DNA from: an uncultured Chloroflexia bacterium
GTDB lineage: Bacteria > Chloroflexota > Dehalococcoidia > UBA2979
DNA length: 64,000 nucleotides
Reading direction: 5' to 3'
Assembly (NCBI GenBank): GCA_963728205.1
Contig: CAVSIV010000006.1
Coordinates: 1,344,001-1,408,000, forward strand
The position numbers were made by a program, and so were the translations under genes. The notes beneath the pieces were generated by a model. The model was not told where the DNA came from. It was given only the letters and a program-made list of their open reading frames with translations, and did not search any database. Below are positions 50,660-61,062 of this stretch, piece after piece. Position 1 is the stretch's first letter; each line of letters opens with the position of its first letter.

Positions 50660-51164
50660 ATGTCTCAGCAGATCGCGAAGGATCCGCGTCTCTTTCGCGA
50701 CGTCATGGGTCGCTTCGCGACCGGCGTCACGGTGCTCACGCTCAACGTCGACAACGAGCTGCGCGGGATGACCGCGAACGCCGTGACGTCGCTCTCGCTC
50801 GAGCCGATGCTGCTGCTCGCGTGCGTCGACCGGAAGTCGTCGACGCACGCGATGTTCGAGCAGGCCGACGCCTTCGGGGTGAACATCCTCGAAGCCGGCC
50901 AGCGTCCGCTCTCCGAGCTCTTCGCCCGCCACGGCACGCCGCCCGAGCCGATGGGGGGCGCCGCGTACCGCCTGGGCGTGCTCGACGTGCCCGTGCTCGA
51001 TGGCGCGCTCGCGTATGCCGAGTGCCGCGTTCGCGAGCGCTACGAGGGCGGCGACCACACGAATCGTGATCGGGGAGGTCGTCGACATGGCCGTCGAGCG
51101 CCCCGACGGCGAGCCGCTGGTGTTCTTCTCCGCCGGCTACCGGCGCCTGCGGGAGCCGAGCTAG
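50660..51164 (+). CDS. Flavin reductase family protein; frameshift near 51062
   Basis: FRDVMGRFATGVTV, TANAVTSLSLEP, GGDHT, then IVIGEV...PLVFFSAGYRRL* in the shifted frame. Confidence 0.88.
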
Positions 51165-51295
51165 CCCCCCGCGCCGCGAGCCCGGCCGCCCCCGGACTTC
51201 GTCATCCCCGCCGCGGATGCGGGGTCTTCCCGATGCTGCCACGCGGCCTCGACTCGATAGGCTTGTCCGGCATCCGCAGCGCACGGGGAGGGCCT

Positions 51296-52534
51296 GTGCC
51301 AATCGACGCCCTCGGCTCCCAGCCGGCCGGCGCGCCCGCGCCGGCCGCCGCGAGCGCCGCCTCCGCGGCCGCCGCCGCCGGCGCGCCCGGCGCGCCGGCG
51401 CTCGACTTCGCCGCCCTGCTCCAGCAGAAGCTCGCCGCGCCCCACGCGCAGATCCAGCAGGTGCGCGCGGAGGTCGCCTCGCTGCGCAACGGCGGCGCGC
51501 TGCGCGCCGCCGTCCGCTCCGCCGCCCTCGGCGGCGCACCCGCCACACCGTCGTCCGCCGCGAGCACGGGCTTTGCCGCCGCGGCCGACTCCGCCGCGCC
51601 CTCGCTCGCCACGAGCCGGCTCCTCGCCCTGCGCCAGACCGCCTCCGCCGGCCCCGACCCCTACGGCTGGCGCGCGATGGCGACCAGCATCGGCGACTCC
51701 GTGGTCGGCCCCGGGTTCGGCGCGCTCTTCGAACGGCAGATCAACCAGGAGTCCGGTTTCTCACCCGACGTCGCGCTCGGCGCCCGCACCTCGAGCGCCG
51801 GGGCCGAGGGCATCGCGCAGCTCATGCCGCAGTACTACCCCGGCGTCGACCGCACCGACCCGCAGCAATCGCTCACCGCCGCGGCACAGACGATGCGCCA
51901 CTACCTCGAGGCATGGGACGGCGACGTGCGCAAGGCGCTCGCGTCGTACAACGCGGGCCTGGGGAGAGTGCGCCAGGCCGTGCAGGCGCATGGCGACGCC
52001 TGGGAGAGTGCGCTGCCCGCCGAGACGCGGCAGTACCTGCAGAGCATCGTCGGATCGCAGGACTACACCGTGTCGCTGCCGGCCGGCGGGAGCGCCGCGG
52101 TCTTCGGCGGCGTGGGCCCCGGCGGCGTGCTGACGTCGCCGGTCGACCGCGTGCAGCAGCAGCAGCTGCTGGGCCGGGTGCTGCAGATGATCGCCTCTAC
52201 GGGTGCCGGCGTGCGCGCGCCGTCCGACGGCATGGTGACCGCGGTACGGCCCGGCGCCGACGGCACGCTGGGGATCACGCTCGACAACGGCAACGGCTGG
52301 ACGACGCTGCTGCAGGGCCTGGCCGCCGCCAACGTGGCGCCCGGCGACAGCGTGCGGCGGTCCGACCTGCTCGGCACCCTCGCCGGTTCGGCGGGCGGCA
52401 GCGGCGCGCTGGACCTCGGCGTGCAGCTCGACGGGCAGGCCGTCGACCCGAGCCGCTACCTGCTGGCGGCGCAGCTCGCCCAACTCGCGCACAGCGGGTC
52501 CGGCGGGAGCGGAACGGGCGCCGCGCTCCCGTAG
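51296..52534 (+). CDS. Lytic transglycosylase (SLT) with C-terminal M23-like domain
   Basis: QESGF, GAEGIAQLMP, ALASYNAG, ETRQY; VRAPSDGMVT...VDPSRYL. Confidence 0.85.
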   Translation: MPIDALGSQPAGAPAPAAASAASAAAAAGAPGAPALDFAALLQQKLAAPHAQIQQVRAEVASLRNGGALRAAVRSAALGGAPATPSSAASTGFAAAADSAAPSLATSRLLALRQTASAGPDPYGWRAMATSIGDSVVGPGFGALFERQINQESGFSPDVALGARTSSAGAEGIAQLMPQYYPGVDRTDPQQSLTAAAQTMRHYLEAWDGDVRKALASYNAGLGRVRQAVQAHGDAWESALPAETRQYLQSIVGSQDYTVSLPAGGSAAVFGGVGPGGVLTSPVDRVQQQQLLGRVLQMIASTGAGVRAPSDGMVTAVRPGADGTLGITLDNGNGWTTLLQGLAAANVAPGDSVRRSDLLGTLAGSAGGSGALDLGVQLDGQAVDPSRYLLAAQLAQLAHSGSGGSGTGAALP

Positions 52535-52592
52535 CCGCTGTCCTGCGCGCGATGCTACGATTCTTCTCCGCAGCCCGATCGGCTGGACACGT

Positions 52593-52669
52593 GGTGGGTG
52601 TGGCCTAGCGGTTAAGGCGCCAGGTTGTGGCCCTGGAGAGCGTGGGTTCAAATCCCATCACCCACCCCA
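52593..52669 (+). tRNA. tRNA-His (GTG)
   Basis: G-1, acceptor stem GTGGGTG/CACCCAC, anticodon loop TTGTGGC, T-loop TTCAAAT, encoded CCA. Confidence 0.95.
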
Positions 52670-52783
52670 CTTCGACTTCCCATCCGGCATTCCGCCTGCC
52701 ACCACGCAACCTCTCGAGTCAGCGACGCGCCGCCGGCGGCATCGGGCGGCGTCGCCGCGCTTGAAGTGACATAAGGATCGCCC

Positions 52784-54046
52784 GTGCCTCGGCGAACGCT
52801 GACCGTCGTCCCGACCCTCCTGGCCATCGTGGCGCTCGGTCTCTTCGCCGCCTCGTGCAGCCGCGGCAACAAGAGCACGCCGACGGCGACCGGCACCGAG
52901 CTCGCCGATCGCTGGCTGCGCGTCGGCGAGGACATCGGCACCGGCGTCGACGTCTACGAGGGCAAGCTGCCGCCGCAACTGCCGGCGCTGCTGAACCCGG
53001 GCGCCGGCAGCGGCTCGGATGGGCAGGTTGCGCTGCCGGTGCACCCGCAGGGCACGCTGCTCGGCTCGTTCCACATTCGGCGGCCCGACGGAACGAACCT
53101 GCTCTGGATCATCTTCGACGTGCCGGGCGCCGACGCCGACGTGCAGCAGACCGTCTCGCAGCAGCTCGACGCCACGCCGTGGCAGGTGACCGGCGGCCAG
53201 CAGACCGAGTCACTCGCGGTCGTGCGCTTCCAGGACACGCTGTCGAGCGACATCCAGGGGACCGCGGTCGTGCAGCCGTTGCCGAATACGCCGACCTGGG
53301 CCATGACCGTGGAGCGCGGCGGCAAGCAGGTGAACCTCACGATCCAGCGCAGCGCGCCGGTCCCGACGATCGACGCGAGCCTCGAGGAGCAGAACGGCGG
53401 CGTGGTGGCGCAGGCGGTCGACCCGGGCCCCGCGCAGGACGCCGGGCTGCAGGCGAACGACCAGATCGTCTCGATCGACGGGCAGGCCGTGAAGACGCTG
53501 GACGACGTCGCACACCAGCTGCACGCGCTGGGCGACAAGGGCGACAAGACGTCGTCGCTCGTCTACATCCTGCAGATCCAGGCGCCGCATACGCCGGCGT
53601 CGACCTTCGTCCTCCCGCCGAGCCGCTCGCTGCCGAAGGACTTTCCCGCGCCGTTCCTGGTGGGGAGCGGCATGACGGTGCTCGACGTGAACTGGTCGGC
53701 GCAGGCCGGCCAGGGCACCGCGTACCAGGTCACGCTGCTGTCGAAGAGCGCCACGGCCGACGTGGCGCAGGCCGTGCGCGACGTGCTGAAGCAGCAGCAG
53801 TGGACGCTCGTGAACGACCAGGCGGTCGGCTTCGCCACGCAGCTCGACTTCGCGAACGCCGGCGGCGACATCCAGGGCCGGGCCACCGTGGACTCCTACG
53901 CCGACGACAAGTCGTACACGTCGGTGGTGGTGCAGCTGCAGACCGGCGCCACGCCCGCACCCGCCGGCACCCCCGCGTCGCCGACCGGCACGGGCACCGC
54001 GACCCCGGCGGCTGCGGCCACCGGCACCCCGACCGCGACGCCGTAG
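52784..54046 (+). CDS. PDZ-domain lipoprotein
   Basis: AASC lipobox; GPAQDAGLQANDQIVSIDG; Pro/Thr-rich tail. Confidence 0.75.
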   Translation: MPRRTLTVVPTLLAIVALGLFAASCSRGNKSTPTATGTELADRWLRVGEDIGTGVDVYEGKLPPQLPALLNPGAGSGSDGQVALPVHPQGTLLGSFHIRRPDGTNLLWIIFDVPGADADVQQTVSQQLDATPWQVTGGQQTESLAVVRFQDTLSSDIQGTAVVQPLPNTPTWAMTVERGGKQVNLTIQRSAPVPTIDASLEEQNGGVVAQAVDPGPAQDAGLQANDQIVSIDGQAVKTLDDVAHQLHALGDKGDKTSSLVYILQIQAPHTPASTFVLPPSRSLPKDFPAPFLVGSGMTVLDVNWSAQAGQGTAYQVTLLSKSATADVAQAVRDVLKQQQWTLVNDQAVGFATQLDFANAGGDIQGRATVDSYADDKSYTSVVVQLQTGATPAPAGTPASPTGTGTATPAAAATGTPTATP

Positions 54047-54275
54047 CGGTTCGCGCCCCGCGCGGGGTCGTCCCGCGCGGGCGGCGAGTAGCGCCCCGAC
54101 GGCCCCCTGCGCCCGGAGTCGGGGGCGCGCCGCACCGACATCGGGCGTTCCCCCGATGAACCGCGCGCGCGGCGAGCGGAATGATGGTCCTCGTCGAAAG
54201 GGGCGGCGTGCGCGCCGTCCCCGGTGTCGCGTGAACCGCCGTGCGGCGGCTCGCGACCCGACCGGGAGGCTCGCG

Positions 54276-55461
54276 ATGGCGCTGCAGATCAACACCAACG
54301 TCATGGCGCTGAACGCTCAGCGCAACCTGAGCATCACGAGCGGCAAGATGGCGAAGGCCCTCGAGCAGCTCTCCAGCGGCCTGCGCATCAACCGCGCGGC
54401 CGACGACGCCGCGGGCCTCGCCATCAGCGAGAAGATGCGCGCCCAGATCGGCGGCATGCAGCAGGGCCTGCGCAACGCGCAGGACGGCGTCTCCATGATC
54501 CAGACGGCCGAGGGCTCGCTTTCCGAGACCCACGCGATCCTCCAGCGCATGCGCGAGTTGGCCGTCCAGGGCTCGTCCACGACGCTCTCCACCTCCGACC
54601 GCCAGGCCATCGGCGACGAGCTGCTCACGCTGCGCAACGAGATCGACAACATCGCGAGCCGTACCCGCTTCAACGGCCTGAACCTGCTCACCGGGACGCT
54701 CGCCGCCACCGCGGCCGGCACGCTCGCGACCGCGACCATTTCGTCCGGCGGCACGAACGTCACGACGTCGATCGACGCCAGCGGCGTCGACCCGTCGCAC
54801 ACCTTCACGGTCTCGAGCGCCGGCGCGGCGCTGACCATCAAGGACAACGCGACGAACATCCAGCAGACGGTCACCGTCCCCGACTTCGCGGCGGCCGGCA
54901 GCGAGGTGCTCGACTTCAACGCCCTCGGGATCAAGATCACCCTCACCGCGGACGGCGCGATCACCGGCGCGAACATGGCGACCGGCGGCACGAACCCGAT
55001 GGGCAGCGCCACGCTCTCGTTCTCGGGCTCGGGCAGCGCCACCTACCGCGTCGGCTCCGAGGCCACCGACAACGTCGCGGTCCAGTTCGGCGACATGCGC
55101 GCCTCCGCGCTCGGCAGCGGCGGCGGCAGCAACATCAGCAACCTCGTCGTCGACAACAACTCGGTCGCGACCGGCGCGCAGGCGGACACGCTGCTGACCG
55201 CGATCGACGCCGCCATCGACCAGGTCTCGACCCAGCGCGCGCAGCTCGGCGCGGCGCAGAACCAGATGGAGTCGGCGATCAACTCGCTGGGCGTCTCCGT
55301 GGAGAACCTCACGGCGTCGGAGTCGCGCATTCGCGACGCCGACATCGCCCAGGTGTCGTCGGAGCTGGTGTCGCGCCAGAATCATGCAGCAGGCCGGCGT
55401 GGCGGTGCTCGCGCAGGCGAACTCGGCGCCGCAGGCGGTGCTGCAGCTGCTCAAGCAGTAG
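54276..55461 (+). CDS. fliC: Flagellin 4, divergent central domain; 1-bp insertion near 55380
   Basis: MALQINTN...; IMQQAGVAVLAQANSAPQAVLQLLKQ* in the shifted frame. Confidence 0.95.
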
Positions 55462-55496
55462 GGGCAGGCGAGCGCAGCGCGGCGAACGCCGCGTCC

Positions 55497-55610
55497 TCAG
55501 CGGCGGCAGACAGGCCGCCGACCCTGCGCCGGGCGTCCGCCCGGCGGCGGGCCGGCGCCGCGGGCCCAGGCCCCGCGAAACCGTCGGCGGCCTGTCTGCC
55601 GCCGCTTGGG
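55497..55610. repeat. REPIN-like pair, REP family A
   Basis: CTCAGCGGCGGCAGACAGGCCGCCGAC ... GTCGGCGGCCTGTCTGCCGCCGCT. Confidence 0.8.
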
Positions 55611-55735
55611 CCCGGCGGCCCATCCATCTCGGCGGCCCGCTGGGCCTGGCGGCACATCCACTGTCGACGGCGTGGCGTGGACGCGCCCCGCGCACCGTAG
55701 GGAACGCCCCGCCCCACCTCCAGAGATCTCCGCAT

Positions 55736-55762
55736 TCAAGTTCTCGCGGGACCGGTCGATGA
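55736..55762 (+). promoter_or_regulatory. sigma-28 promoter of flaG-fliD operon
   Basis: TCAA-N15-GTCGATGA. Confidence 0.65.
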
Positions 55763-55780
55763 TCCCGCGAGGAGTACGCG

Positions 55781-56122
55781 ATGTCCGACATCCGCGTCCC
55801 GGGACCGCCCGATCCGACCGTGCACGTCGCGCAGATTCGCACGCACGGGGACGGCGGGGGCCATCACGCGCAGGGCGACGCGCAGCCGCACGAGCGGCGC
55901 GAGGAGCCCCGCGGCGCGGAGGAGCTGTCGGTGGCACTGGCCGGCAGCGGGCGCTCGGCACTGGCGGCGCAGTTCGTCCAGGACGCCGAGGGCAACGCGT
56001 TGATCCGGATCGTCGATCGCGAGCGCGGAGACGTCGTCGCCGTGATCACGCCGGAGGAGCTGCGAGCGCTCGCCGAGCAGACCGGTCTCCCCCCCGGGCT
56101 GCTGGTGCAGGCCTCGTCGTGA
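55781..56122 (+). CDS. FlaG-like protein
   Basis: LIRIVDRERGDVVAVITPEEL...GLLV; lies between flagellin and fliD. Confidence 0.7.
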   Translation: MSDIRVPGPPDPTVHVAQIRTHGDGGGHHAQGDAQPHERREEPRGAEELSVALAGSGRSALAAQFVQDAEGNALIRIVDRERGDVVAVITPEELRALAEQTGLPPGLLVQASS

Positions 56123-56175
56123 GCGGCCGCGGCGGCATCCCGCCAGCCCGGCCCGAACGCGGAAGCGAGTAGCCG

Positions 56176-58635
56176 ATGGTCTCGCCCATCAACAGCCTCA
56201 CCGCCGGCGCGAGCGGGTCCACGTCGAGCACGTCCGGCACGCCGCCCATCACCTTCGGCGGCCTCGCGTCCGGCCTCAACACGAACGCGATCATCGACGC
56301 CATCCTCCAGCAGGACAAGCGGCCGATCGTCCTCGCGCAGCAGCGCGAAGCGACGTACCAGGCGCAGCAGGCGACCCTCGCCCAGATCAACGGCGACTTC
56401 CAGACGCTGCTCGGCTACGCGCAGTCGCTCGCCCTGCCGGCCACCTTCAACGGCCGCACCACGACCGTCCTGCCGGGCTCCTCCGACGCCGGCAAGCTCG
56501 ACGCCAGCGCGACATCCTCCGCGGCGACCGGCAGCTTCAAGGTCGACATCGTCTCGCTGGCGACGGCCACCACCACCGCGAGCTCCACCGGCATCGGCCA
56601 GGCTGTCGACCAGAACGTCTCGCTCGACCAGGCCGGCTTCCAGACGCCGGTCACCGCCGGCACATTCACCATCAACGGGACCGTCTTCACGATCCCCGCC
56701 GCCACGTCCGACTCGATCGTGAGCGCGAGTGCCGTCGGCGCCGCCGTCGACCCCACCCAGCCGCTGTCCTCCGCCGGCCTCTCGCTGGCGCCGACCGCGG
56801 GTACGTTCAGCATCAACGGCGTCGCGATCAGCTTCGACCCGGCGACCGACTCGCTGGACGACGTGATGACGCGCATCAACCAGTCGGCTGCCGGCGTCAC
56901 GGCCACATGGGACGCCGGCACGCAGTCGCTCACGCTGACGAACAACGCCGGCGGCAACACGCCGATCACGCTCGCCGACAACACCGGCAACTTCCTGCAG
57001 TCGATGAACCTGATCGACGGCAGCGGCACGAAGATCGGCACGGAGACCGCCGGCACCGACATGGTCTCGCTGACCGACGTCATGAACATGATCAACGGCG
57101 CCGGCATCGGCGTGACCGCGAGTGTCGTCAACGACTCGTACGGGCGCGCCAACCTGCTCCAGCTCGACGGCGGCGGCAGCAACGTGCTCGTCGGTGCCGG
57201 CGGCGACACGAGCAACTTCCTCGCCGCCACCAACCTGCTGCAGTCCCCGACCGGGACGACGCGCACCAGCGTCTCCGGCATCGCCGGCGCGAACACCGGG
57301 GTCGACCTGCAGGACGCGCGCCTGCAGACCGCGCTGTCGGCGTCGACGGGCACGTTCACGATCAACGGCGTGCAGTTCGCGTGGGACAAGACCAGCGATT
57401 CGCTGAACAACCTGATCAGCGACATCAACAGCTCGGCCGCCGGCGTGACGGCAGCCTACGACGCGACGACCGACCAGCTCACGCTGACGTCGAAGACGCT
57501 CGGGTCGAGCCAGATCACGCTGAGCGACGACAGCGGCAACTTCCTCGCCGCGACCGGCCTGCTTGCCGCGGCGCAGTCCACCGGCACGAGCGCCTCGTAC
57601 CGCATCAACGGCGGCGCGCTGCGCTACTCGACGAGCAACACCGTGACGAACGCGCTGCCGGGCGTCACGCTGACGTTCCACGACACCACCACGTCGTCCG
57701 TCTCGGTCGAGATCGGCGCCGATTCGTCGTCGGCCACCTCGGCGATCCAGTCCTTCGTCGACCAGTACAACAAGGTCAACGCGGACATCGCGAGCGCGAC
57801 GAAGTACGACAGCAGCGGGCAGGGACAGAACGGGGTGATGTTCGGCGACGCGTCGCTGCGCATCATGTCGGACACGCTGCACGGGATGCTGACGGGGCCG
57901 GTGCTCGGCTTCACGGGCAGCATCCGCACGCTGAGCGACGTCGGCATCTCGTTCGGCACGCCCGGCAAGGCGGTCGGCACGACCGACAAGCTGGTGTTCG
58001 ACGCGAGCAAGTTCGCGTCGGCGTACCAGTCGGACGCGACGACGGTCGTCAACCTCTTCACGAAGTTCCAGGGCGCGGTGGCGCTGGACGCGGGGGGCAC
58101 GGGCTCGATCGCGTCGCTGAGCGGCACGCCGACGTCGGCGACGAAGCCCGGCAAGTACTCGATCGCCTCGACGGCCGGTGGCGCGCTGACGGTCACCTTC
58201 ACGCCCGACGACGGCTCGACGCCGATCATCTCGAGCGGCTCGATCGCCGCCAGCGGCACGAACACCACGCTCATTCCCGGGGTGACGATCACCGCGAAGG
58301 GCACGCTGGTCGCCGGGACGGATTCCGTCACGCTCAGCGCGACCACGCAGGGCGCCGGGCTCTCGTTCCAGTCGTACATCGACTCGTTGACGCGCACGGA
58401 CGGCGTCTTCGACACCCGCGACCAGTCGCTGCAGTCGTCGATCAACGACCTGAACAAGCAGATCGACGACATGAACCGGCGCATCGACACGGAGCAGCAG
58501 CAGCTGATCCAAAAGTACTCGAACCTCGAGGTGACGATCTCGCAGCTGCAGACGCAGCAGCAGGCGCTGCAGGGCATGCTGAGCCAGCTGGGCCTGCAGT
58601 CGGCGCCGTCGTCGTCGAAGTCGTCGGGTGGCTAG
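56176..58635 (+). CDS. fliD: Flagellar filament cap protein
   Basis: FGGLASGLNTNAII, repeated GTFTING inserts, SNTVTNALPGVTL, FVDQYN. Confidence 0.93.
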   Translation: MVSPINSLTAGASGSTSSTSGTPPITFGGLASGLNTNAIIDAILQQDKRPIVLAQQREATYQAQQATLAQINGDFQTLLGYAQSLALPATFNGRTTTVLPGSSDAGKLDASATSSAATGSFKVDIVSLATATTTASSTGIGQAVDQNVSLDQAGFQTPVTAGTFTINGTVFTIPAATSDSIVSASAVGAAVDPTQPLSSAGLSLAPTAGTFSINGVAISFDPATDSLDDVMTRINQSAAGVTATWDAGTQSLTLTNNAGGNTPITLADNTGNFLQSMNLIDGSGTKIGTETAGTDMVSLTDVMNMINGAGIGVTASVVNDSYGRANLLQLDGGGSNVLVGAGGDTSNFLAATNLLQSPTGTTRTSVSGIAGANTGVDLQDARLQTALSASTGTFTINGVQFAWDKTSDSLNNLISDINSSAAGVTAAYDATTDQLTLTSKTLGSSQITLSDDSGNFLAATGLLAAAQSTGTSASYRINGGALRYSTSNTVTNALPGVTLTFHDTTTSSVSVEIGADSSSATSAIQSFVDQYNKVNADIASATKYDSSGQGQNGVMFGDASLRIMSDTLHGMLTGPVLGFTGSIRTLSDVGISFGTPGKAVGTTDKLVFDASKFASAYQSDATTVVNLFTKFQGAVALDAGGTGSIASLSGTPTSATKPGKYSIASTAGGALTVTFTPDDGSTPIISSGSIAASGTNTTLIPGVTITAKGTLVAGTDSVTLSATTQGAGLSFQSYIDSLTRTDGVFDTRDQSLQSSINDLNKQIDDMNRRIDTEQQQLIQKYSNLEVTISQLQTQQQALQGMLSQLGLQSAPSSSKSSGG

Positions 58636-58657
58636 CGGGTGCGCGCGGGCCCACAGC

Positions 58658-58755
58658 CACAGCGGCGGCAGAGATGCCGCCGATAGCCCCCGAACGCGAG
58701 TCCAGGCGCCTGGCGCCACGCGCCCTGTCGGCTGCACGTCCGCGGCCGCTGTGGT
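58658..58755. repeat. REPIN-like pair, REP family A
   Basis: CACAGCGGCGGCAGAGATGCCGCCGATAG ... CTGTCGGCTGCACGTCCGCGGCCGCTGTGG. Confidence 0.7.
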
Positions 58756-58925
58756 TGCGGAGGCCGTCCCCGTCGCGCGAATGGGGTTCGCGCCCGGCCG
58801 GTCCGCAGAATCAGCGATCGCCCTCATCGTGGCGCCGGCCGTCCGGTCGACTCTCTTGGGGAGACGGGTGACGCGGGCGGGCGTCACTCGTCGGGCCGCC
58901 GAGATGAGCAGGTTCGGAGGGTGAG

Positions 58926-59309
58926 TTGCAGTCAGTCGGATACGGTGCGTACCGGCGGATCCAGGCGGAGACCTCGTCTCCGGCCGAGCTGATCCTGCTG
59001 CTGTACGACGGCCTCATGAAGGATCTCACCCAGGCCGAGGAACGCCTCGCGCAGCGCGACTGGGAGGTCGCGCACGTTGCCCTCGTGCGCGCCCAGGAGA
59101 TCGTGCTGGAGCTGATCGCGAGCCTCGATATGAACGCGGGGGACATCGCGCGGCAGCTGGCGCCCCTCTACGAGTACCAGTACCAGCGCCTCCTCGAGGC
59201 CAACGTTCGCAAGGACGCGGGGGCGGTCGCCGAGGTGATCCGGCTCGTGACCCCGCTGCGCAACGCGTGGATCGCCGCGATCCGGAACGTGCAGGCCGCT
59301 CGTGCCTGA
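58926..59309 (+). CDS. fliS: Flagellar export chaperone
   Basis: YRRIQAETSSPAELILLLYDG...AQEIVLELIASLD...LYEY...LRNAW. Confidence 0.93.
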   Translation: MQSVGYGAYRRIQAETSSPAELILLLYDGLMKDLTQAEERLAQRDWEVAHVALVRAQEIVLELIASLDMNAGDIARQLAPLYEYQYQRLLEANVRKDAGAVAEVIRLVTPLRNAWIAAIRNVQAARA

Positions 59310-59718
59310 CCAGATGGCGGCCGCGAAGTTCGCGCTCCTGCGCGAGCTGTTCGACCTGTCGCGCGAGCAGCGCGCCCAGCTCGAGGACGACCGCATCGAC
59401 CTCGTCCTGGCGCTGATGGAGGAGCGCGAGCGCCTCGTCCATCAACTCGAGGACCTGTTCGTGGAGTCGGGCAACGTGCCGGAGAACGTGATCGCGTTCC
59501 CCACGCCGACCACGCACGACTGGTCGCAGCAGGACGAGCTGGCGCTGGACACGCTGATCCGGGGCATCCTGGAGTACGACCAGCAGAACGAGGCGATGCT
59601 CGCGGAGCGGCTCGACGCCCTGCGCGACGAGCTCCCCCGGCTCGATCGGGGCCGGCGGGCGACGAACGGCTACCGCGTGACGCAGTACGGGCCGAGCTAC
59701 ATCGATCGCGTCTCCTGA
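59302..59718 (+). CDS. FliT/FlgN-like chaperone
   Basis: Helical 138 aa after fliS, ending GY...YIDR. Confidence 0.55.
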   Translation: MPDQMAAAKFALLRELFDLSREQRAQLEDDRIDLVLALMEERERLVHQLEDLFVESGNVPENVIAFPTPTTHDWSQQDELALDTLIRGILEYDQQNEAMLAERLDALRDELPRLDRGRRATNGYRVTQYGPSYIDRVS

Positions 59719-59793
59719 CGATGATCAGGGAGGAGACCCGCGGCCGGCCGGGTGCCGCCGCGGGTCGCTCCCCCTGCAACGTCGGGAGAGGTG

Positions 59794-60531
59794 ATGGCAG
59801 CGAAGCGACAGGCCCCGCGCGCCGGCGGGCGCGGCATCGCGCCGCGCGGACGCACGCGCTCGCACCGTCGCACCGCGATGCAGACGGTCGCGGCGTTCGT
59901 GCTGGGGCTGCTGGCCGTCGCCACCGGCTTCCTCTTCGCCGGGACCGGCCTCGACCACGGCCCCTCCAGCACCGCCGCGCAGGTCGCGGCCACGAACGCC
60001 GCCATCGAGCTCGCACACGATCCCGGCGCACGCCCGCAGACGGCGGCGACACCCGTCGTGCCGGCACACCCCGAGCCGTTCGTCCCGGCGGCCCAGCGCG
60101 CGATCCTGATGCGCCCCGAGGGCGTCACGCGCGTCGTGGTGCCGGCCGTGCACATCGACGCCCGCGTGGAGCCCGTCGGCTACACCTTCCAGAACGGCCA
60201 CCTCGACTACGACGTGCCCCTGCACGAGGCCGGCCACTATGTCGGCTCCGCCGATCCCGGCGACCGGGGGAACGTCGTGATCGCGGGGCACGTGGCCACG
60301 CGCGGCGGGCAGGGCATCTTCGAGGCGCTGCCGGGCGTGAAGGCCGGCGACATCGTGGAGGTCTATCGAGGCAGCGAGGTCTACCGATACTCCGTAGTAG
60401 AGATCCGGGTCGTCGCAGCGGATGCGACGGACGTGATGACGCAGACGCAAGACGCGACTCTCACGCTCATCACGTGCTTTCCGACGAACAACTTCCAGAA
60501 TCGCCTGGTGGTTGTCGGGAAGCTCGTATAG
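59794..60531 (+). CDS. Sortase
   Basis: N-terminal TM; GNVVIAGH, TLTLITC and R catalytic triad. Confidence 0.9.
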   Translation: MAAKRQAPRAGGRGIAPRGRTRSHRRTAMQTVAAFVLGLLAVATGFLFAGTGLDHGPSSTAAQVAATNAAIELAHDPGARPQTAATPVVPAHPEPFVPAAQRAILMRPEGVTRVVVPAVHIDARVEPVGYTFQNGHLDYDVPLHEAGHYVGSADPGDRGNVVIAGHVATRGGQGIFEALPGVKAGDIVEVYRGSEVYRYSVVEIRVVAADATDVMTQTQDATLTLITCFPTNNFQNRLVVVGKLV

Positions 60532-60581
60532 CGAGTGCGCGGCCGCCCGTGCCGTACACTCCGAGCGTGAGGAGCGTGCGC

Positions 60582-60878
60582 TTGCAGATTGACCGTTCCA
60601 CGTCCCAGCCGTCCGGCGACGCGAGCCGCCCCCAGCGGCCCACCCCGCCCGCGCAGGCCGCGGCCGCCGGCGCCGCGTCACGCACGGACCAGGCGAGCGG
60701 CGAGCGCCGCGACGCCATCGAGCTGAGCCCGCAGGCCCGCAAGGTCGTGCAACTGCCGCAGCCGCGCGACGAGCGCGCCGCGCTGGTCGATCGCCTCCGC
60801 CAGGAGGTAGACGCCGGCACCTACCGCCCCGACGCCGACGCGGTCGCGCGCCGCATCGCGGAGCAGTTCGACCGGTAG
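60582..60878 (+). CDS. flgM: Anti-sigma-28 factor
   Basis: DAIELSPQAR...RAALVDRLRQEVDAGTYRPDADAVARRI; GAGGAG RBS. Confidence 0.88.
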   Translation: MQIDRSTSQPSGDASRPQRPTPPAQAAAAGAASRTDQASGERRDAIELSPQARKVVQLPQPRDERAALVDRLRQEVDAGTYRPDADAVARRIAEQFDR

Positions 60879-60892
60879 ACGGCGGCCGGCGC

Positions 60893-61062
60893 CACGGCGG
60901 CGGCAGACATGCCGCCGCCGCGGGGCGGGCGTCCGCCCGCCGTTCCCGGCCGTGGCCGCCGTTGCCGGCCGCGGCTGCCGCTGACCTGACCGCTGGCCGC
61001 GGCCGCGAATGGCCGGCGTCCGCCGGCCGCCCGTCGGCGGCATGCCTGCCGCCGCTGTGGGC
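60893..61062. repeat. REPIN-like pair, REP family A
   Basis: CGGCGGCAGACATGCCGCCG ... GTCGGCGGCATGCCTGCCGCCGCTGTGGG. Confidence 0.8.

Noticed and set aside
50660-52534. Flavin reductase-lytic transglycosylase fusion (624 aa)
   Set aside because: Produced by a 1-bp indel near 51062; the reductase C-terminus and stop (51164) are in another frame and the SLT has its own RBS and GTG
52593-52669. tRNA-His as island integration site
   Set aside because: No integrase or duplicated 3' end seen, and flanking genes have host-like composition
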